Part shown: positions 9,601 to 19,341 of the stretch, piece by piece
How the letters are laid out: every line of letters starts with the position of its first letter
How positions within the stretch are numbered: position 1 is the stretch's first letter
Assembly: GCF_035621495.1 (NCBI RefSeq)
Contig: NZ_CP141821.1
Coordinates: 368,760 to 400,759, forward strand
Reading direction: 5' to 3'
From: Thermococcus sp. SY098
Lineage (GTDB): Archaea; Methanobacteriota_B; Thermococci; Thermococcales; Thermococcaceae
Length of the DNA stretch: 32,000 bases
Position numbers and translations under genes: made by a program
The notes under the pieces: generated by a model
What the model was told of the DNA's origin: nothing
Seen by the model: only the letters and a program-made list of their open reading frames with translations
Databases searched by the model: none

Positions 9601-10271
9601 TTCTTTGAGGCTTTCAAAAATGCGTCAACATCATCAACAAAAATGAAGTCAAATCTCTTATCCTTGAGCATCTCGTCGAAGTTTCTCGCAAGCCATTGGG
9701 CTGAAGTTATGAGAATATCAAAATCTCCGTTCATGATTTTTTCAGTCATCTCCTCTTTTTCCTTCTTCTTCATGCCACCGTGGTAATAGGCAAGGTTAAT
9801 CTCAATTCCAGCCCTCTCTGCAAATGTTTTCACTCTCTTAATTGTCTGCACCACAAGCGGTGTTGTTGGTAAGACTATGTAGCTCTTCTTTTTCTTTTTG
9901 GCATAATACAATGCCATGAATGATCCAAAAACACTTTTGCCCATGCCTGTTGGAGCTATGATGGAAAAGCTCTTATTTTTAATTAGTCTCTTCACCCAGG
10001 TTTTTTGAGCACTCCAGAAGTTAAAACCCGTGGCTTTCTCAAAGAGCTCTTCAATCTCTCTCAACCTTTTCTCAAGCTTGTAGATATTCTCCCAGTGCTT
10101 CAGTGTTCCACGCAGCTTGAGAGCTTCTCTAATGCCCGTTATCAAATCAAAGTAAATTTCGGCCTGAATTTCCTTATCGAGACAAACATCACATGGATGC
10201 TTCTTGTACAAGCGTTCATCACTAATCCTATCTTCACAATTTGGGCACATTTCCCTATAAATCGCTTTCAT
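6621..10271 (-). CDS. rgy: reverse gyrase
   Basis: N-terminal Zn finger CPNC..CDVC, helicase Walker [14 protein letters not shown] box, Toprim IVESPNKA, second Zn finger CRDC..CPRC, topo-IA active-site block ITYHRTDS. No intein-like insertion. ATG at 10271 ([12 protein letters not shown]) has GAGGGTGAG upstream (track start 10307). Confidence 0.97.
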   Translation of the reverse strand: MKAIYREMCPNCEDRISDERLYKKHPCDVCLDKEIQAEIYFDLITGIREALKLRGTLKHWENIYKLEKRLREIEELFEKATGFNFWSAQKTWVKRLIKNKSFSIIAPTGMGKSVFGSFMALYYAKKKKKSYIVLPTTPLVVQTIKRVKTFAERAGIEINLAYYHGGMKKKEKEEMTEKIMNGDFDILITSAQWLARNFDEMLKDKRFDFIFVDDVDAFLKASKNIDRSLILLGFTEEIIQKAWEIIRLKKQMAKFLNGNSPDKQEQLKELNKQINKLEREIRKFKRENKIGVLIVASATGSARGDRIKLYRELLDFEVGSGRSALRNVVDSYLFPEKSIEEHVEELLTKLGKGGLIFVPIDQGIGYAEKLTQYLQERGFKVELVSARNKKGLEKFENEEIDYLVGVATYYGTIVRGLDLPYLIRYAIFTGVPKFRFSLDLEQPTIYRVLGLMSEVMEFLDEEDRREGERLYARLRRLIRNIPQFELMKIEEALAEGLPLEGFHSHVLEVFRQAVEFLRRVLKKKEVLKRIEEDPFVSLKEEEGKWYIEIPDVRTYIQASGRTSRLFAGGITKGLSVIIVDNEKVFNGLKRQMRWRFAEFEMKSFEELNLEELLREIDADREKVRLILAGKISEKTKDLVKSALMIVESPNKARTIANFFGQPSKRRIGDLVAYEVSIGDRMLTILASGGHMFDLVTTEGYHGVIIEERNGKLYFIPVYDTIKRCRDCGHQFVDWEERGVCPRCGSRNVRDALENVIAMREIAQEVDEILIGTDPDVEGEKIAWDIRNVLSPYTPNIKRIEFHEVTRPAILKALNEARDVNEFRVNAQLVRRIEDRWIGFELSQKLWEVFESRNLSAGRVQTPVLGWVIQRYKEFVESETDFMALTLENGLSVTLEGVKEEVNEIIVEDVKIEEKEINPFPPYTTDTMLQDASRFLGFSAPHTMQLAQDLFELGLITYHRTDSTHVSNTGIEVAKEYISEEIGEEYFAPRKWGEEGAHECIRPTRPIDTGRLMQLLRDGVITLARGLTRDHFRLYDMIFKRFMASQMKPAKVLYEKAVIDARVAKTEIEGYIEVIFDGWTKLRAPPLRQLPKLEKGQKLKVIEVKKWRAPKVSLYTQGDLIALMKERKIGRPSTYAKIVKTLLDRHYVIETKGRKKLVPTELGTKVYHYLISKYKELVSEERTRQLEELMDLVEENKADYQEVLNNMYEEIKQYILK

Positions 10272-10348
10272 TTTCTCACCCTCTAATGTTCTATTTAGGT
10301 AATGCAAAGTTTATAAGGGTTTTTTAGATTCCCATTGTGGGTGGGACA

Positions 10349-10729
10349 ATGATAATCGAGAGAATTAAGCTTAAGGCTGAGCTCACAGAAGAGCAGTATG
10401 AGAGAGCAATAAAGCTTATAGAGAAGTCTAAATCAAGATTTTCAAACGCTCTCGTGAAAAGGTTCAAAACACAAGAAAAGATAAGCTTTATTGATGTGGA
10501 TTTAGGTGTAAGGTTGAATTTTGATATAATAATTGGAAATCGTGGTAAGCCCTTTATAGCTGTAGAAATGGAAGGAAATAAGTCAAAATATGCCTTTCAG
10601 ATAATGAAATTTTTCCTTGACGAGCTCGGTGTTGAGTATTCCTTCGATTTTGACGGAAGAGAGGTTTATGACGCGTTGAAGAGGAAAATTAAGGCAAAGA
10701 GCCTGCTGGATTATTTGGACGTGGGATAA
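10349..10729 (+). CDS. hypothetical protein (126 aa)
   Basis: ORF with GGTGGG SD before ATG at 10349 (track start 10337 is GTG). No motif recognised. 3' end overlaps the convergent ATPase gene by 19 nt. Confidence 0.5.
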   Translation: MIIERIKLKAELTEEQYERAIKLIEKSKSRFSNALVKRFKTQEKISFIDVDLGVRLNFDIIIGNRGKPFIAVEMEGNKSKYAFQIMKFFLDELGVEYSFDFDGREVYDALKRKIKAKSLLDYLDVG

Positions 10730-12057
10730 AACTGTACTCCAAGCAACCACTTCCAGAGAGGGACAAACTTAATCTCTCTCCCATTGAAGCTAAGATAGGA
10801 CTCGTAATCCCAGGTTATAACAAGTAAATTGCTCCAGCCAAATACTTTGGAGGCTGAAGTGATGCCTCTAACCTCTCTTTTCATAGTTTCCGGATTGGTA
10901 ACATCATAGCTCACTTGGATTAATAACTCTTCCTCAGGTATTACGAAGTCAACCTCCCAGTTATTTCCCTTTGCATAATTTGGATAGTAGCCTCTCCTCA
11001 TTAGCTCCACAAAAACCGTATTTTCCATAAGCTTCCCGATATTATCACTGAATTTGACGCTTAAGAATGTCAAAAAAGACGTGTCAACAAAATATATTTT
11101 CTTGGGATGCTGAATCCTGAGTTTCACCTTTGAAGCATAAATTTCAATTGGGAAAGCAAAGTAGCATTCAGCAAGGTAACGGAGATAATTTGAGAGAGTA
11201 GCCTTGCTTATTGAATAACCCATACTCTTCATAGTCTTTTCAAGTTTGCTGAGGCTGAAGTACTCTGAGTTGAGGAGCAAACGTATAAATGTTCTAAGTT
11301 CCTCTGGGTCTCTGACATTGTACCGTTCAACGATATCAAGAGATACTATCGTGTTAAAATACTCTCTCACAAGCATGCGCTTTATTCTCACGTCATTCAC
11401 AAGAACAATTTCTGGAAACCCACCGTAGAGTAAATATTCTCTCAAAAGGTTTAAAAGCTCAAATTTTTTATCACTGAATTCGAGATTCTTTGGCAGTTTA
11501 AATCCTCTGAACTTTAAAAATTCTCTAAAGTTCAGTGGGAAAACTTCGAATGTTAAGGCCCTTCCCCTCAAGCTTGTTGGAATTTCCCTGCTTGAAAGCT
11601 TTGAAGAGGAGCCACTCAAGAAAAGCCTAATATCCCTCCGTGAATCGTTGATCCGTCTAACCCACGTGTCCCATCCTTCTATGTTTTGAATCTCATCAAG
11701 GAACAAATAAAGGGGATCTTTCCTGCCAAAGAGTTCCTCAATAGTTGGTATTATCTCTGTTAATGTATCAATTCTCTTTTCAAGTCTTTCATCTTCAAAG
11801 TTAATGTAGAATATTTTCTCCTTTGGAATCTTTTTTGAAAGCTCGTTTATCAGCTGAAACATTAGATATGTTTTTCCCACTCTTCGGCATCCTGCAAATG
11901 TTATCACTTTGTTAATATTCTGGGGAATAAGGGACATATCAAACTCCCTCTCTATCAGAGGAGGCGTCCAGCTTTCCTGCCATTCCACCAACACCTTGGC
12001 TATTTCGGGCTTCATACTATTGATTGCGCATATATCCTTTATAAAGTTGTTTACCAT
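10711..12057 (-). CDS. AAA-type ATPase of the COG1373 class (AAA_14 + DUF4143-like C-terminus)
   Basis: Walker A GCRRVGKT, Walker B LYLFLDEIQ, and a long C-terminal domain as in archaeal DUF4143 ATPases. First ATG at 12057 (track TTG at 12066). Confidence 0.7.
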   Translation of the reverse strand: MVNNFIKDICAINSMKPEIAKVLVEWQESWTPPLIEREFDMSLIPQNINKVITFAGCRRVGKTYLMFQLINELSKKIPKEKIFYINFEDERLEKRIDTLTEIIPTIEELFGRKDPLYLFLDEIQNIEGWDTWVRRINDSRRDIRLFLSGSSSKLSSREIPTSLRGRALTFEVFPLNFREFLKFRGFKLPKNLEFSDKKFELLNLLREYLLYGGFPEIVLVNDVRIKRMLVREYFNTIVSLDIVERYNVRDPEELRTFIRLLLNSEYFSLSKLEKTMKSMGYSISKATLSNYLRYLAECYFAFPIEIYASKVKLRIQHPKKIYFVDTSFLTFLSVKFSDNIGKLMENTVFVELMRRGYYPNYAKGNNWEVDFVIPEEELLIQVSYDVTNPETMKREVRGITSASKVFGWSNLLVITWDYESYLSFNGREIKFVPLWKWLLGVQFYPTSK

Positions 12058-12113
12058 ATTGAACAACTGTTTATAAAAAATTGTTTAATTTAACAAACAA
12101 TATTGAACAGGTA

Positions 12114-12653
12114 TCAAATGGAGCATTTAGAGAAACGTTTAAATTCCATCAACTCTCTCTCAAGCTCCTCGGTGAGCTCATAATCATAAAAGACTTTCTT
12201 AAATTCCCCAAACTGTATGAGCAAGGACTCATAAAATTCCTCTGAAAACTCCATCTTTAGCAGAGCAAGAGCTTTCCTGAATAGCCTCGCTGCTTCGCTT
12301 CCGCTTTCATCGTGATTCATATAATACACCAGCTCCTTTAAGATAATGGACCTTCCAATACCAGGATTTTCAAAAATGATCTCATCTGCAACAGCCTGTG
12401 GCGAGAGCTCCACTAAATGGCTTGAAGTCTCAAAATATCTCCCATTTTCAAAAGCTTCCAGGACAGCAAATACATGCTTGCAGTCTTTCCCAATAGGACA
12501 TGTACATCTGCTCTTTCCACTTTTTATGCCGACCTCAACGTAGTACGGATAAGTCCCAAGAACCTTTCCATAAAGCCTATCCCCATACCTCAGCACCCAC
12601 AGAACCTTGCCCTTTTTGAAATACTGCTCTCCCTTCTTTTTTGCATTGTTCAT
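12114..12653 (-). CDS. SWIM zinc-finger protein
   Basis: CTCPIGKDCKH fits the SWIM signature CxCx(n)CxH. Helical C-terminal half. First ATG at 12653 (track TTG at 12677). Lies 56 nt upstream of the ATPase on the same strand. Confidence 0.65.
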   Translation of the reverse strand: MNNAKKKGEQYFKKGKVLWVLRYGDRLYGKVLGTYPYYVEVGIKSGKSRCTCPIGKDCKHVFAVLEAFENGRYFETSSHLVELSPQAVADEIIFENPGIGRSIILKELVYYMNHDESGSEAARLFRKALALLKMEFSEEFYESLLIQFGEFKKVFYDYELTEELERELMEFKRFSKCSI

Positions 12654-12766
12654 GTTAACCACTAAAGTTAGTAACAATGGAGACTTTTAAAGATTTCGCT
12701 CTGCGGTACTATTAAAGGGCGAAACCTATAAATTCAGGGGAGATGACTAAATGTTGAGGTGATGGC

Positions 12767-13000
12767 ATGGACGTTTTTGAGCTTGCGCGGAGGTATCATC
12801 AAGAGCTTGGGATAAAAGAGCCGAGCTTTGCAACTTTGGCTGCGGAAATTTTTGGAGAGCTTGGCCTCAAAATATACGAGCACTTAAAGGGCGAAGGCTA
12901 CACTCTCAAAAGCACGCGCTTTATTGACTACGATAAAAGCCTTGTATTGGAAGTTGTAAAAGAAGAAAAAGCCTTCGAGATTCTTCTCAGAAAGGCTTAA
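12767..13000 (+). CDS. hypothetical protein (77 aa)
   Basis: GAGGTGAT SD 3 nt before the ATG. No motif recognised. Confidence 0.5.
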   Translation: MDVFELARRYHQELGIKEPSFATLAAEIFGELGLKIYEHLKGEGYTLKSTRFIDYDKSLVLEVVKEEKAFEILLRKA

Positions 13001-14304
13001 ACTCTGTAGTCAAACGCTATTTCCTTCTTTTCTCCTGGCTTTACGGTTATCTTAAACTCCACATAGTGTGCTGTTTCATCTATTGGCTTTACTGTAGAGC
13101 TCAATATTTTGCCGCTCCACTTGTAATGCCTGACAACAACTTCTTTCGTCCTGTTTCCAAAATTCTCAATTGTAATCCTCACTTTGTAGTACGTTGAATC
13201 GCTTTCTCTTCTCTGCTCAAGGATTTCTGTTTTGCCTTTCAGATCAACATCCCTTCCAAGCTTGAGCCTCAATGTATCGCCTTTAGCGGTGTGATCAATT
13301 TTCTGCTCGCCAATTAAAACTGTTGTATCGTTCATTTCTTTGTAAATCTCTACAATGCCAGCTGGAAGCACTTTCTCAGCTTTAAATGATATAATCTCGT
13401 AAATTTCATTACTTCCACCGTAGGGATAGCTCTCGTATAGATACTCCCTTTCAAAAGATGTCTCTTGGGTAATGTAGGGTATCATCTTCTTTTCAAATGG
13501 GTTTACACTGAGCATTCCAAGGTTGTAAAGGTAAAATGCTTCAATTTTTTGAGGTTGTTCTGGAATTCCAGTAGCTGCTTTTTCTGCCATCGCATAAACC
13601 CTCTCCATAACGACTTGTGGAGGAGCATAGAAGTTTACTTCTCCCGAAACGAGCATGACTTTAAAGTCTTCAAATGTCTTGTTTGTAGGATTGTCAATCA
13701 CTATGTATCCAAACAGCAGGGCATTGTTGGTTAGGTAAAGCTTATACCTTGAGCTCCAGCCGATCGACTGAACTCTGTAAATCAGCTTGAACTTATACTT
13801 TCCATCTTCCTCAGCTTGTATAATGGCATAAGTTTGGGCCTTGGCTTTGCTTCCCAGTTCAGCAAGCTTCGTATATGCAACTTCCTCAGGTTCAATTAGA
13901 TAGTAAGATTCTCCCTGAACCGCTATCTTGCCTTCTTTGTAACCTAAAAACTTTCCGGTTATCGTTTCACCGCTCTTCAGCTTTATTGTGACAGTTTTTC
14001 CAATGTTTGCCTCAAGCACTCCTTTGCCTGGGTATGCCTGCGAAATAATTCCTAAGACCATAACTTTATCGCTTAAAGGCTTTAGTGTAACTTCCTCAAT
14101 ATTCAAACCTTCAATCTCCTCAAGGGGAACTTCGTTGAATCCCTTTTTAAGGTCTAAGGCAACTGTTTTCTCGACAACTCCAATGCGCGCAGAGTCGTAG
14201 AGAACCAGAGTCCCACTTTCATCTGCGGCCCTTGTTTGATGAAGTACTATCATTGCCAAGAGCAAAAAAGCCACAAAAATTCCACTCAAAATTTTCTTTT
14301 TCAT
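12997..14304 (-). CDS. secreted/anchored DUF4139-type protein
   Basis: 435 aa. N-terminal signal/anchor MKKKILSGIFVAFLLLAMIV. All-beta looking repeats. N- and C-terminal patterns (LVLYDSARIGVVEKTV..., ...VVVRHYKWSG...KKEIAFDYRV) resemble the DUF4140/DUF4139 family as I recall it. Confidence 0.5.
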   Translation of the reverse strand: MKKKILSGIFVAFLLLAMIVLHQTRAADESGTLVLYDSARIGVVEKTVALDLKKGFNEVPLEEIEGLNIEEVTLKPLSDKVMVLGIISQAYPGKGVLEANIGKTVTIKLKSGETITGKFLGYKEGKIAVQGESYYLIEPEEVAYTKLAELGSKAKAQTYAIIQAEEDGKYKFKLIYRVQSIGWSSRYKLYLTNNALLFGYIVIDNPTNKTFEDFKVMLVSGEVNFYAPPQVVMERVYAMAEKAATGIPEQPQKIEAFYLYNLGMLSVNPFEKKMIPYITQETSFEREYLYESYPYGGSNEIYEIISFKAEKVLPAGIVEIYKEMNDTTVLIGEQKIDHTAKGDTLRLKLGRDVDLKGKTEILEQRRESDSTYYKVRITIENFGNRTKEVVVRHYKWSGKILSSTVKPIDETAHYVEFKITVKPGEKKEIAFDYRV

Positions 14305-14445
14305 TATTTTTCACCATGAATAGTTGGTTTTCATACTATTTATAGAGACCGACAGCTTCAAGCTGGGTTGAAGCAAATGATGGAAAGACTTTTAACATTG
14401 TAAACATAGTTGAAACTGCAGTCATGATAATTAGAGGTGGTAAAG

Positions 14446-15144
14446 ATGGATAGGGTTTCAAAAGCAAGGGAAATTATCGAAAAAGCCAAGACTGAGGGCA
14501 GACCTCTTGTAGAACCAGAGGCTAAGGAGATTCTCAAGCTCTACGGCATTCCAACTCCAGATTTCAAAGTTGCAAGAAATGAGGAGGAAGCCGTTAAGTT
14601 TGCAAGGGAGATTGGTTATCCAGTTGTCATGAAGATTGTTTCACCCCAGATTATCCACAAGAGTGACGCTGGCGGTGTTAAAATTAACATCAAAAACGAT
14701 GATGAGGCAAGAGAAGCATTCAGAACAATAATGGAAAATGCAAAGAGATACAAGCCAGATGCAGACCTTTGGGGTGTTATAATTTACAAGATGCTCCCAC
14801 TTGGAAAGGAAGTTATCGTCGGCATGATCAGAGACCCACAGTTTGGCCCAGCTGTGATGTTCGGTCTTGGTGGTATATTCGTTGAGATCCTTAAGGACGT
14901 CAGCTTTAGAGTCGCTCCAATAACAAAGGAAGAGGCACTTGAAATGATTAAAGAAATCAAGGCTTACCCAATTCTTGCTGGTGCAAGAGGAGAAAAACCA
15001 GTAAACATTGAGGCTTTGGCAGACATAATTGTTAAAGTTGGTGAATTGGCACTTGAGCTTCCAGAGGTCAAAGAGCTTGACATCAACCCAATCTTTGCTT
15101 ATGAGGATGAAGCAGTTGCCGTCGATGCAAGAATGCTACTTTGA
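14446..15144 (+). CDS. acdB: acetyl-CoA synthetase (ADP-forming), beta subunit (ATP-grasp)
   Basis: MDRVSKAREIIEKAKTEGRPLVEPEAKEILKLYGIP...VMKIVSPQIIHKSDAGGVK... closely matches remembered Pyrococcus ACS beta subunits. GAGGTGGT SD before ATG at 14446 gives 232 aa. Confidence 0.85.
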   Translation: MDRVSKAREIIEKAKTEGRPLVEPEAKEILKLYGIPTPDFKVARNEEEAVKFAREIGYPVVMKIVSPQIIHKSDAGGVKINIKNDDEAREAFRTIMENAKRYKPDADLWGVIIYKMLPLGKEVIVGMIRDPQFGPAVMFGLGGIFVEILKDVSFRVAPITKEEALEMIKEIKAYPILAGARGEKPVNIEALADIIVKVGELALELPEVKELDINPIFAYEDEAVAVDARMLL

Positions 15145-15184
15145 TTTCGTTCTTTTCTTCCATTTGCTATGAAAATAAAAAGAA

Positions 15185-16612
15185 TTAAGCGATCGTGAAA
15201 ATCTTTATTGTATTTGTCCCCACTGTCTTTTCTATTGGCTTCCCCGAGGTTAAAAGCACAGTATCGTTGGTCTTCACAATTCCAAGATCTTTTATGAGCT
15301 GAATAAGCTCCTGTTCATTTGTGGTATCTTCAACGCAGAAGGGATAAACACCGTAGGAGAACATCAGACTATTGCAGACCTTTTCATCTTCAGCAAAAGC
15401 CAATATCCACTGTTTTGGCTTGAATCTCGAAATCAAGCGGGCAGTTTGTCCTGTTCTTGTGGGTGTTAGAATGTACTTTATATCAACTGTGTTTAATGCT
15501 TCAATTATGCTCCTCGTTATGGCATCTTTAATTGTACCTCTTTTCGGAATTTTTTCCTTCCATTCAAGCATTCTTGTATGTCCTGAAGACTCCCTATATG
15601 CTTCAGTGGTCTTTGCAATTCTTGCCATCATCCTCACGGCTTCAACAGGATACTTGCCTATTGCCGTCTCCTCGGAGAGCATAACAGCATCGGTTCCATC
15701 CAATATAGCATTTGCAACATCTGTAACCTCGGCCCTTGTTGGAATTTTGTCGGCAGTCATTGATACGAGCATCTGAGTTGCTGTTATGACGGGTTTTCCG
15801 ACAAGATTTGCCTTGTTTATGAGCTTTTTCTGGATTATAGGGAGCTTTTCTATTGGCATCTCAACTCCTAAGTCGCCCCGTGCTATCATTATTCCATCTG
15901 CAGCATTGAGTATCTCGTCAAAGTTTCTAACGGCATCTGGTCTCTCAATCTTTGCTATTGTGAAAATCCGTTTTCCCATCTTTTCGGCAAATCTCTTGAC
16001 CTTCATAACGTCATATGCCGAACCAACAAAGGAAATCCCTATGGCATCAACACCATGCTCAAGGGCAAACTCCAAAATTTCTAAATCCCTTTCGGTAATT
16101 GCCTCGAGTGGAAGATTGATCTTTGGAATATTGATACCTTTTCTTGAGAAGAGTGTGCCTCCAACTATTACCCTGCAGATAACATCATTTCCCTGAACAT
16201 CCTCCACTTTTAGTGTAATGTATCCATCACTTAGGTATATTATATCTCCCTTAGAAACCAGTTTTGGGAATGCCTCACATTCCACAGGAATGGTTGTTTC
16301 GTCTCCTTCTATTTCTCTATTTGTCAGCACCACAGTTTGCCCTCTGTGCAGAACAACAGCATCGCCCTTAAGCTTGCCCACCCTAATTTTTAAGCCTGGC
16401 AAATCCCCAAGAATTGCTACACGGGTATTTAGTCTCTCGGACACTTTCCTTATCGTTTCAATTGTTTCTGCATGTTGCTCAAAGTTTCCATGCGCAAAGT
16501 TGATTCTCGCAACGTTCATCCCAGCCTTTATCAGCCTTTCAATCATGTTCTTTGAGTTAGAGGCGGGCCCTATTGTAGCAATTATCTTTGTTTTATGGGA
16601 CGGAAGCCTCAT
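15185..16612 (-). CDS. pyk: pyruvate kinase
   Basis: KTKIIATIGPAS, MNVARINFAHG, IAKIE and MIARGDLGVEMP are canonical PK blocks. GAGGTG SD. Confidence 0.95.
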   Translation of the reverse strand: MRLPSHKTKIIATIGPASNSKNMIERLIKAGMNVARINFAHGNFEQHAETIETIRKVSERLNTRVAILGDLPGLKIRVGKLKGDAVVLHRGQTVVLTNREIEGDETTIPVECEAFPKLVSKGDIIYLSDGYITLKVEDVQGNDVICRVIVGGTLFSRKGINIPKINLPLEAITERDLEILEFALEHGVDAIGISFVGSAYDVMKVKRFAEKMGKRIFTIAKIERPDAVRNFDEILNAADGIMIARGDLGVEMPIEKLPIIQKKLINKANLVGKPVITATQMLVSMTADKIPTRAEVTDVANAILDGTDAVMLSEETAIGKYPVEAVRMMARIAKTTEAYRESSGHTRMLEWKEKIPKRGTIKDAITRSIIEALNTVDIKYILTPTRTGQTARLISRFKPKQWILAFAEDEKVCNSLMFSYGVYPFCVEDTTNEQELIQLIKDLGIVKTNDTVLLTSGKPIEKTVGTNTIKIFTIA

Positions 16613-16663
16613 CTTTAAGCACCTCTTTTAAAATATATCAGATAAGCGGTTTTATAACAGTTG

Positions 16664-17131
16664 CTAAACTAAAAAGCGAAATCCAAGACTCGGGATTAAC
16701 GTTATCATCATGCTCAACAAACCGCCAAGAATCAGAGCGGGGATTGTTTTTCTATTTCCCATCCCAAAGATGTAAGCGGCTAAACTCCCAGTCCAGATCC
16801 CGGTGCCAGGTAAAGGCACGGCAACAAATATTATCAACCCATAAAATCCCCACTTCTCTACATACGGGTGAGCTTTCTTCCTAACCCGCTGCACATATTT
16901 TAGATACATCTCTGCCACTTTTCCCAGAAACGTTTTTTCAAGAGTGACCATTACAACATCAATAAGAGGTAGAAACAAGGGCAAGGTTAAAGAAAGGAGC
17001 AAAACGCCCAAAGAAGCCGTCAAAAGAGTTTCCCATAACGGGTACCCTTTTGCAATTCCATACACTATTGCGTACCTTCCCTCAAAAGTTGGCAATAGTG
17101 AAAGTAAGAAGATATATACGAATTCATTCAA
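16664..17131 (-). CDS. small integral membrane protein (putative small multidrug-export family, COG2426-like)
   Basis: 155 aa, about 4 TM helices. The LLPTFEGRYAIVYGI motif resembles that family. GGAGGTG SD. Confidence 0.45.
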   Translation of the reverse strand: MNEFVYIFLLSLLPTFEGRYAIVYGIAKGYPLWETLLTASLGVLLLSLTLPLFLPLIDVVMVTLEKTFLGKVAEMYLKYVQRVRKKAHPYVEKWGFYGLIIFVAVPLPGTGIWTGSLAAYIFGMGNRKTIPALILGGLLSMMITLIPSLGFRFLV

Positions 17132-17263
17132 CTTTGAACACCTCCAAACGCTCTACACAAAATGGAGACAGGTAAATAAAAACTTTATCTTCCAGATAAC
17201 TTAGAAAAGTGAACCAATTGACTTTTAATTGTGGTACCTGATGAAGGAGTATGGGAAGAGAAG

Positions 17264-18136
17264 ATGATCGACATAACTCCATACATTGAGACACTTACCT
17301 CACTAAACAAAAGAGGATTCGAATTGATAGGCATTGCAGTTGCTTTGTACTACTTAAGCGCCCTTATCTATGCCCTTCGCTGGAAAGTTGTCCTAAATGC
17401 AATTGGAAAGAACATTCCCATAATTGAACTCCTACGAATAACCCTTTCCTCAATTTTTGTCAACAACGTGACCCCAATGAGTAGAGGTGGAGGGGAGATC
17501 CTCAGGATAACTTGGGTTGCAAAAAAGTATAAGATACCCATTGCTATTTCAACAGTCAGTATAGTGTACGAGCGAATTTTGGAGATATTTCCGATAATTT
17601 TCTTAGCTGTTATGGGGGTGTCTTATTTCGCCCACCATGCCATTTTAATCACACTATCCCTACTTCTTGTTGCAGTTATTGTCTGGTTCAACTGGGAAAA
17701 GATTGTAATTCTATCGTTTAAACTGCTTAAAATCAAATTGAGTCATGAGGAGCTTGTTAACTTGCTGTCTCTCAGAAAAAGAGCATCGCTAACTATGATG
17801 GGGGTTGGATTGAGCTTTTTAGTATGGTTCTTGGATATCATGAGACTCAAGGTTATAGCACTTGCTTTTAGCTGGAATCCAAGCATAAAGTTTCTGGCAA
17901 TAATCTCACTTGCAAACTTGATATTTGGTCTTATGGCATTTACCCCCGGAGGCGTTGGCATAGTGGAAGGGGGACTCATAGGAACCCTCGTCTATTTTGG
18001 TATCCCTTCAACATTGGCCATCTCAATAACACTGATTGAGCGCTTCATATCCTATGTAATGAGCTCAGCAGTAGGATTTGCAACATTAGTGGTGTCTGGA
18101 GGTGCTGAAATATGGAAAGCCTTAAAATCGCATTAG
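17264..18136 (+). CDS. flippase-like membrane protein (LPG-synthase TM / UPF0104 family)
   Basis: Multi-TM. ALRWKVVLNAIG and PMSRGGGEILRI match the hallmark of the MprF-flippase-like domain. Start uncertain (GTG 17231 or ATG 17264). Confidence 0.65.
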   Translation: MIDITPYIETLTSLNKRGFELIGIAVALYYLSALIYALRWKVVLNAIGKNIPIIELLRITLSSIFVNNVTPMSRGGGEILRITWVAKKYKIPIAISTVSIVYERILEIFPIIFLAVMGVSYFAHHAILITLSLLLVAVIVWFNWEKIVILSFKLLKIKLSHEELVNLLSLRKRASLTMMGVGLSFLVWFLDIMRLKVIALAFSWNPSIKFLAIISLANLIFGLMAFTPGGVGIVEGGLIGTLVYFGIPSTLAISITLIERFISYVMSSAVGFATLVVSGGAEIWKALKSH

Positions 18137-19341
18137 CCTCTGATTGGTTCTTTCCAAGTACCGGGGGTATAGAACATCATATCCACGATCTTGCCAAAAA
18201 CTTGGTTGAGCAGGGGCATGATGTTCATATAATAACACGACTGGGGGAGTATCCGGATAATACTCTACCTTATACAGTCCACCGGTTTAAGGGGAGAATC
18301 ACAGTTGACAGTTTTCATGTGAGTATAGGGGTTGACCTATTAAAAAGAGTGAATGAACTCTACAAAAAGGAACATTTCGACATTACCCATGGACACAGCA
18401 TCTACTCTCCAATAGCTGTTGGCGTCTCGAATCTCTCCAGCGGTATCAGAGGTGTTCCGAGTATCATTACAAATCACTCCTTTTTGGGAAATTCAATACT
18501 AAATCCAACATATATTCTCTTGCTTCAGACATCTCTCAGAAAAATTGATGGATTCATAGCAGTTAGCAATGCCGTTAAGAGGGACTTGGAAAATATATTA
18601 CGAGGAAGTTTAAGGAACAGACCAATATACGTCGTTCCAAATGGGATAGACACAAATTTCTGGAGACCTGTGGAAGATAAAGAGGAGTGGAAAAGTAAGA
18701 TGGGATTAGATGGAGGGATGGTAATAACAACAACCTCACGACTTACAAAAAGAAAGAGGGTGAATGTAATACCCAAACTGGCAAAAGAAATTACAGAAAA
18801 ATACAGGATAGAGGATATAAAGTTCGTTATAATAGGTGATGGTCCGGAGAAAAGGAGGATTAAAGAACTCATTAAAGCTTATCATGTCCAAGATAAAGTT
18901 TTGATGGTTGGAAAACAACCCCGGGAAAAGGTCAGGGAATTTCTCTGGGCGAGTGATATTTACTTATCTCCAGCAATTTATGAAGCATTTGGGATAGCAG
19001 CTCTTGAAGCACTTTCTTGTGGGGTTCCTGTAGTTGCAAACAACCATGGAGGAATAAGTGAGATAGTGAGACACGGTGTTACAGGGCTAATATCAGAGGA
19101 TGACACGGAACTGCTTGAAAACGTTCTGTATCTGCTGAACAATATAGAGTTGGTTGAAAAGATGGGCAGGAATGCAAGAAAGATTGTAAAAGAGGAATTT
19201 TCATGGGAAAAAGTAACAAAAGAGATAGTTAGCATATACAAAAAGACAATAGAAACATTCGAAGAGAAACCATTCATTCTGTACGCACTTCATCAGATGC
19301 TGAAAGGAGGAATAAAGAATGCTGGTGTCTTTAACCTTTGA
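18112..19341 (+). CDS. GT4 glycosyltransferase, PIG-A / GlcNAc-transferase-like
   Basis: SDWFFPSTGGIEHHIHDLAKNLVEQGHDVHIIT, TNHSFLG and EAFGIAALEALSCGVPVV form the GT-B/GT4 signature, with N-terminal blocks resembling PIG-A (from memory). GGAGGTG SD. Overlaps the upstream gene by 25 nt. Confidence 0.8.
   Translation: MESLKIALASDWFFPSTGGIEHHIHDLAKNLVEQGHDVHIITRLGEYPDNTLPYTVHRFKGRITVDSFHVSIGVDLLKRVNELYKKEHFDITHGHSIYSPIAVGVSNLSSGIRGVPSIITNHSFLGNSILNPTYILLLQTSLRKIDGFIAVSNAVKRDLENILRGSLRNRPIYVVPNGIDTNFWRPVEDKEEWKSKMGLDGGMVITTTSRLTKRKRVNVIPKLAKEITEKYRIEDIKFVIIGDGPEKRRIKELIKAYHVQDKVLMVGKQPREKVREFLWASDIYLSPAIYEAFGIAALEALSCGVPVVANNHGGISEIVRHGVTGLISEDDTELLENVLYLLNNIELVEKMGRNARKIVKEEFSWEKVTKEIVSIYKKTIETFEEKPFILYALHQMLKGGIKNAGVFNL

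Noticed and set aside
7182-10286. Nine plus-strand track ORFs (60-122 aa) inside the reverse gyrase region
   Set aside because: All are antisense to a 1216-aa gene with unambiguous full-length homology. Their products are low-complexity Ser/Leu/Phe-rich strings typical of shadow frames, and none has an SD.
14355-14374. Hairpin GCTTCAA-GCTGGG-TTGAAGC, and an AATGATGG motif in the divergent spacer before acdB
   Set aside because: A 7-bp stem alone is weak. No C/D or other RNA architecture could be completed around it.
14446-15144. Orphan ACS beta subunit without an adjacent alpha subunit as a possible anomaly
   Set aside because: From memory, alpha and beta subunits of ADP-forming acyl-CoA synthetases are commonly unlinked in Thermococcales, so this is probably normal.
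15372-16884. Plus-strand ORFs of 134-137 aa antisense to pyruvate kinase, plus a 98-aa ORF across its promoter
   Set aside because: These are shadow ORFs opposite a strongly supported gene with no start-site signals. The 98-aa ORF also overlaps the membrane protein gene on the other strand.
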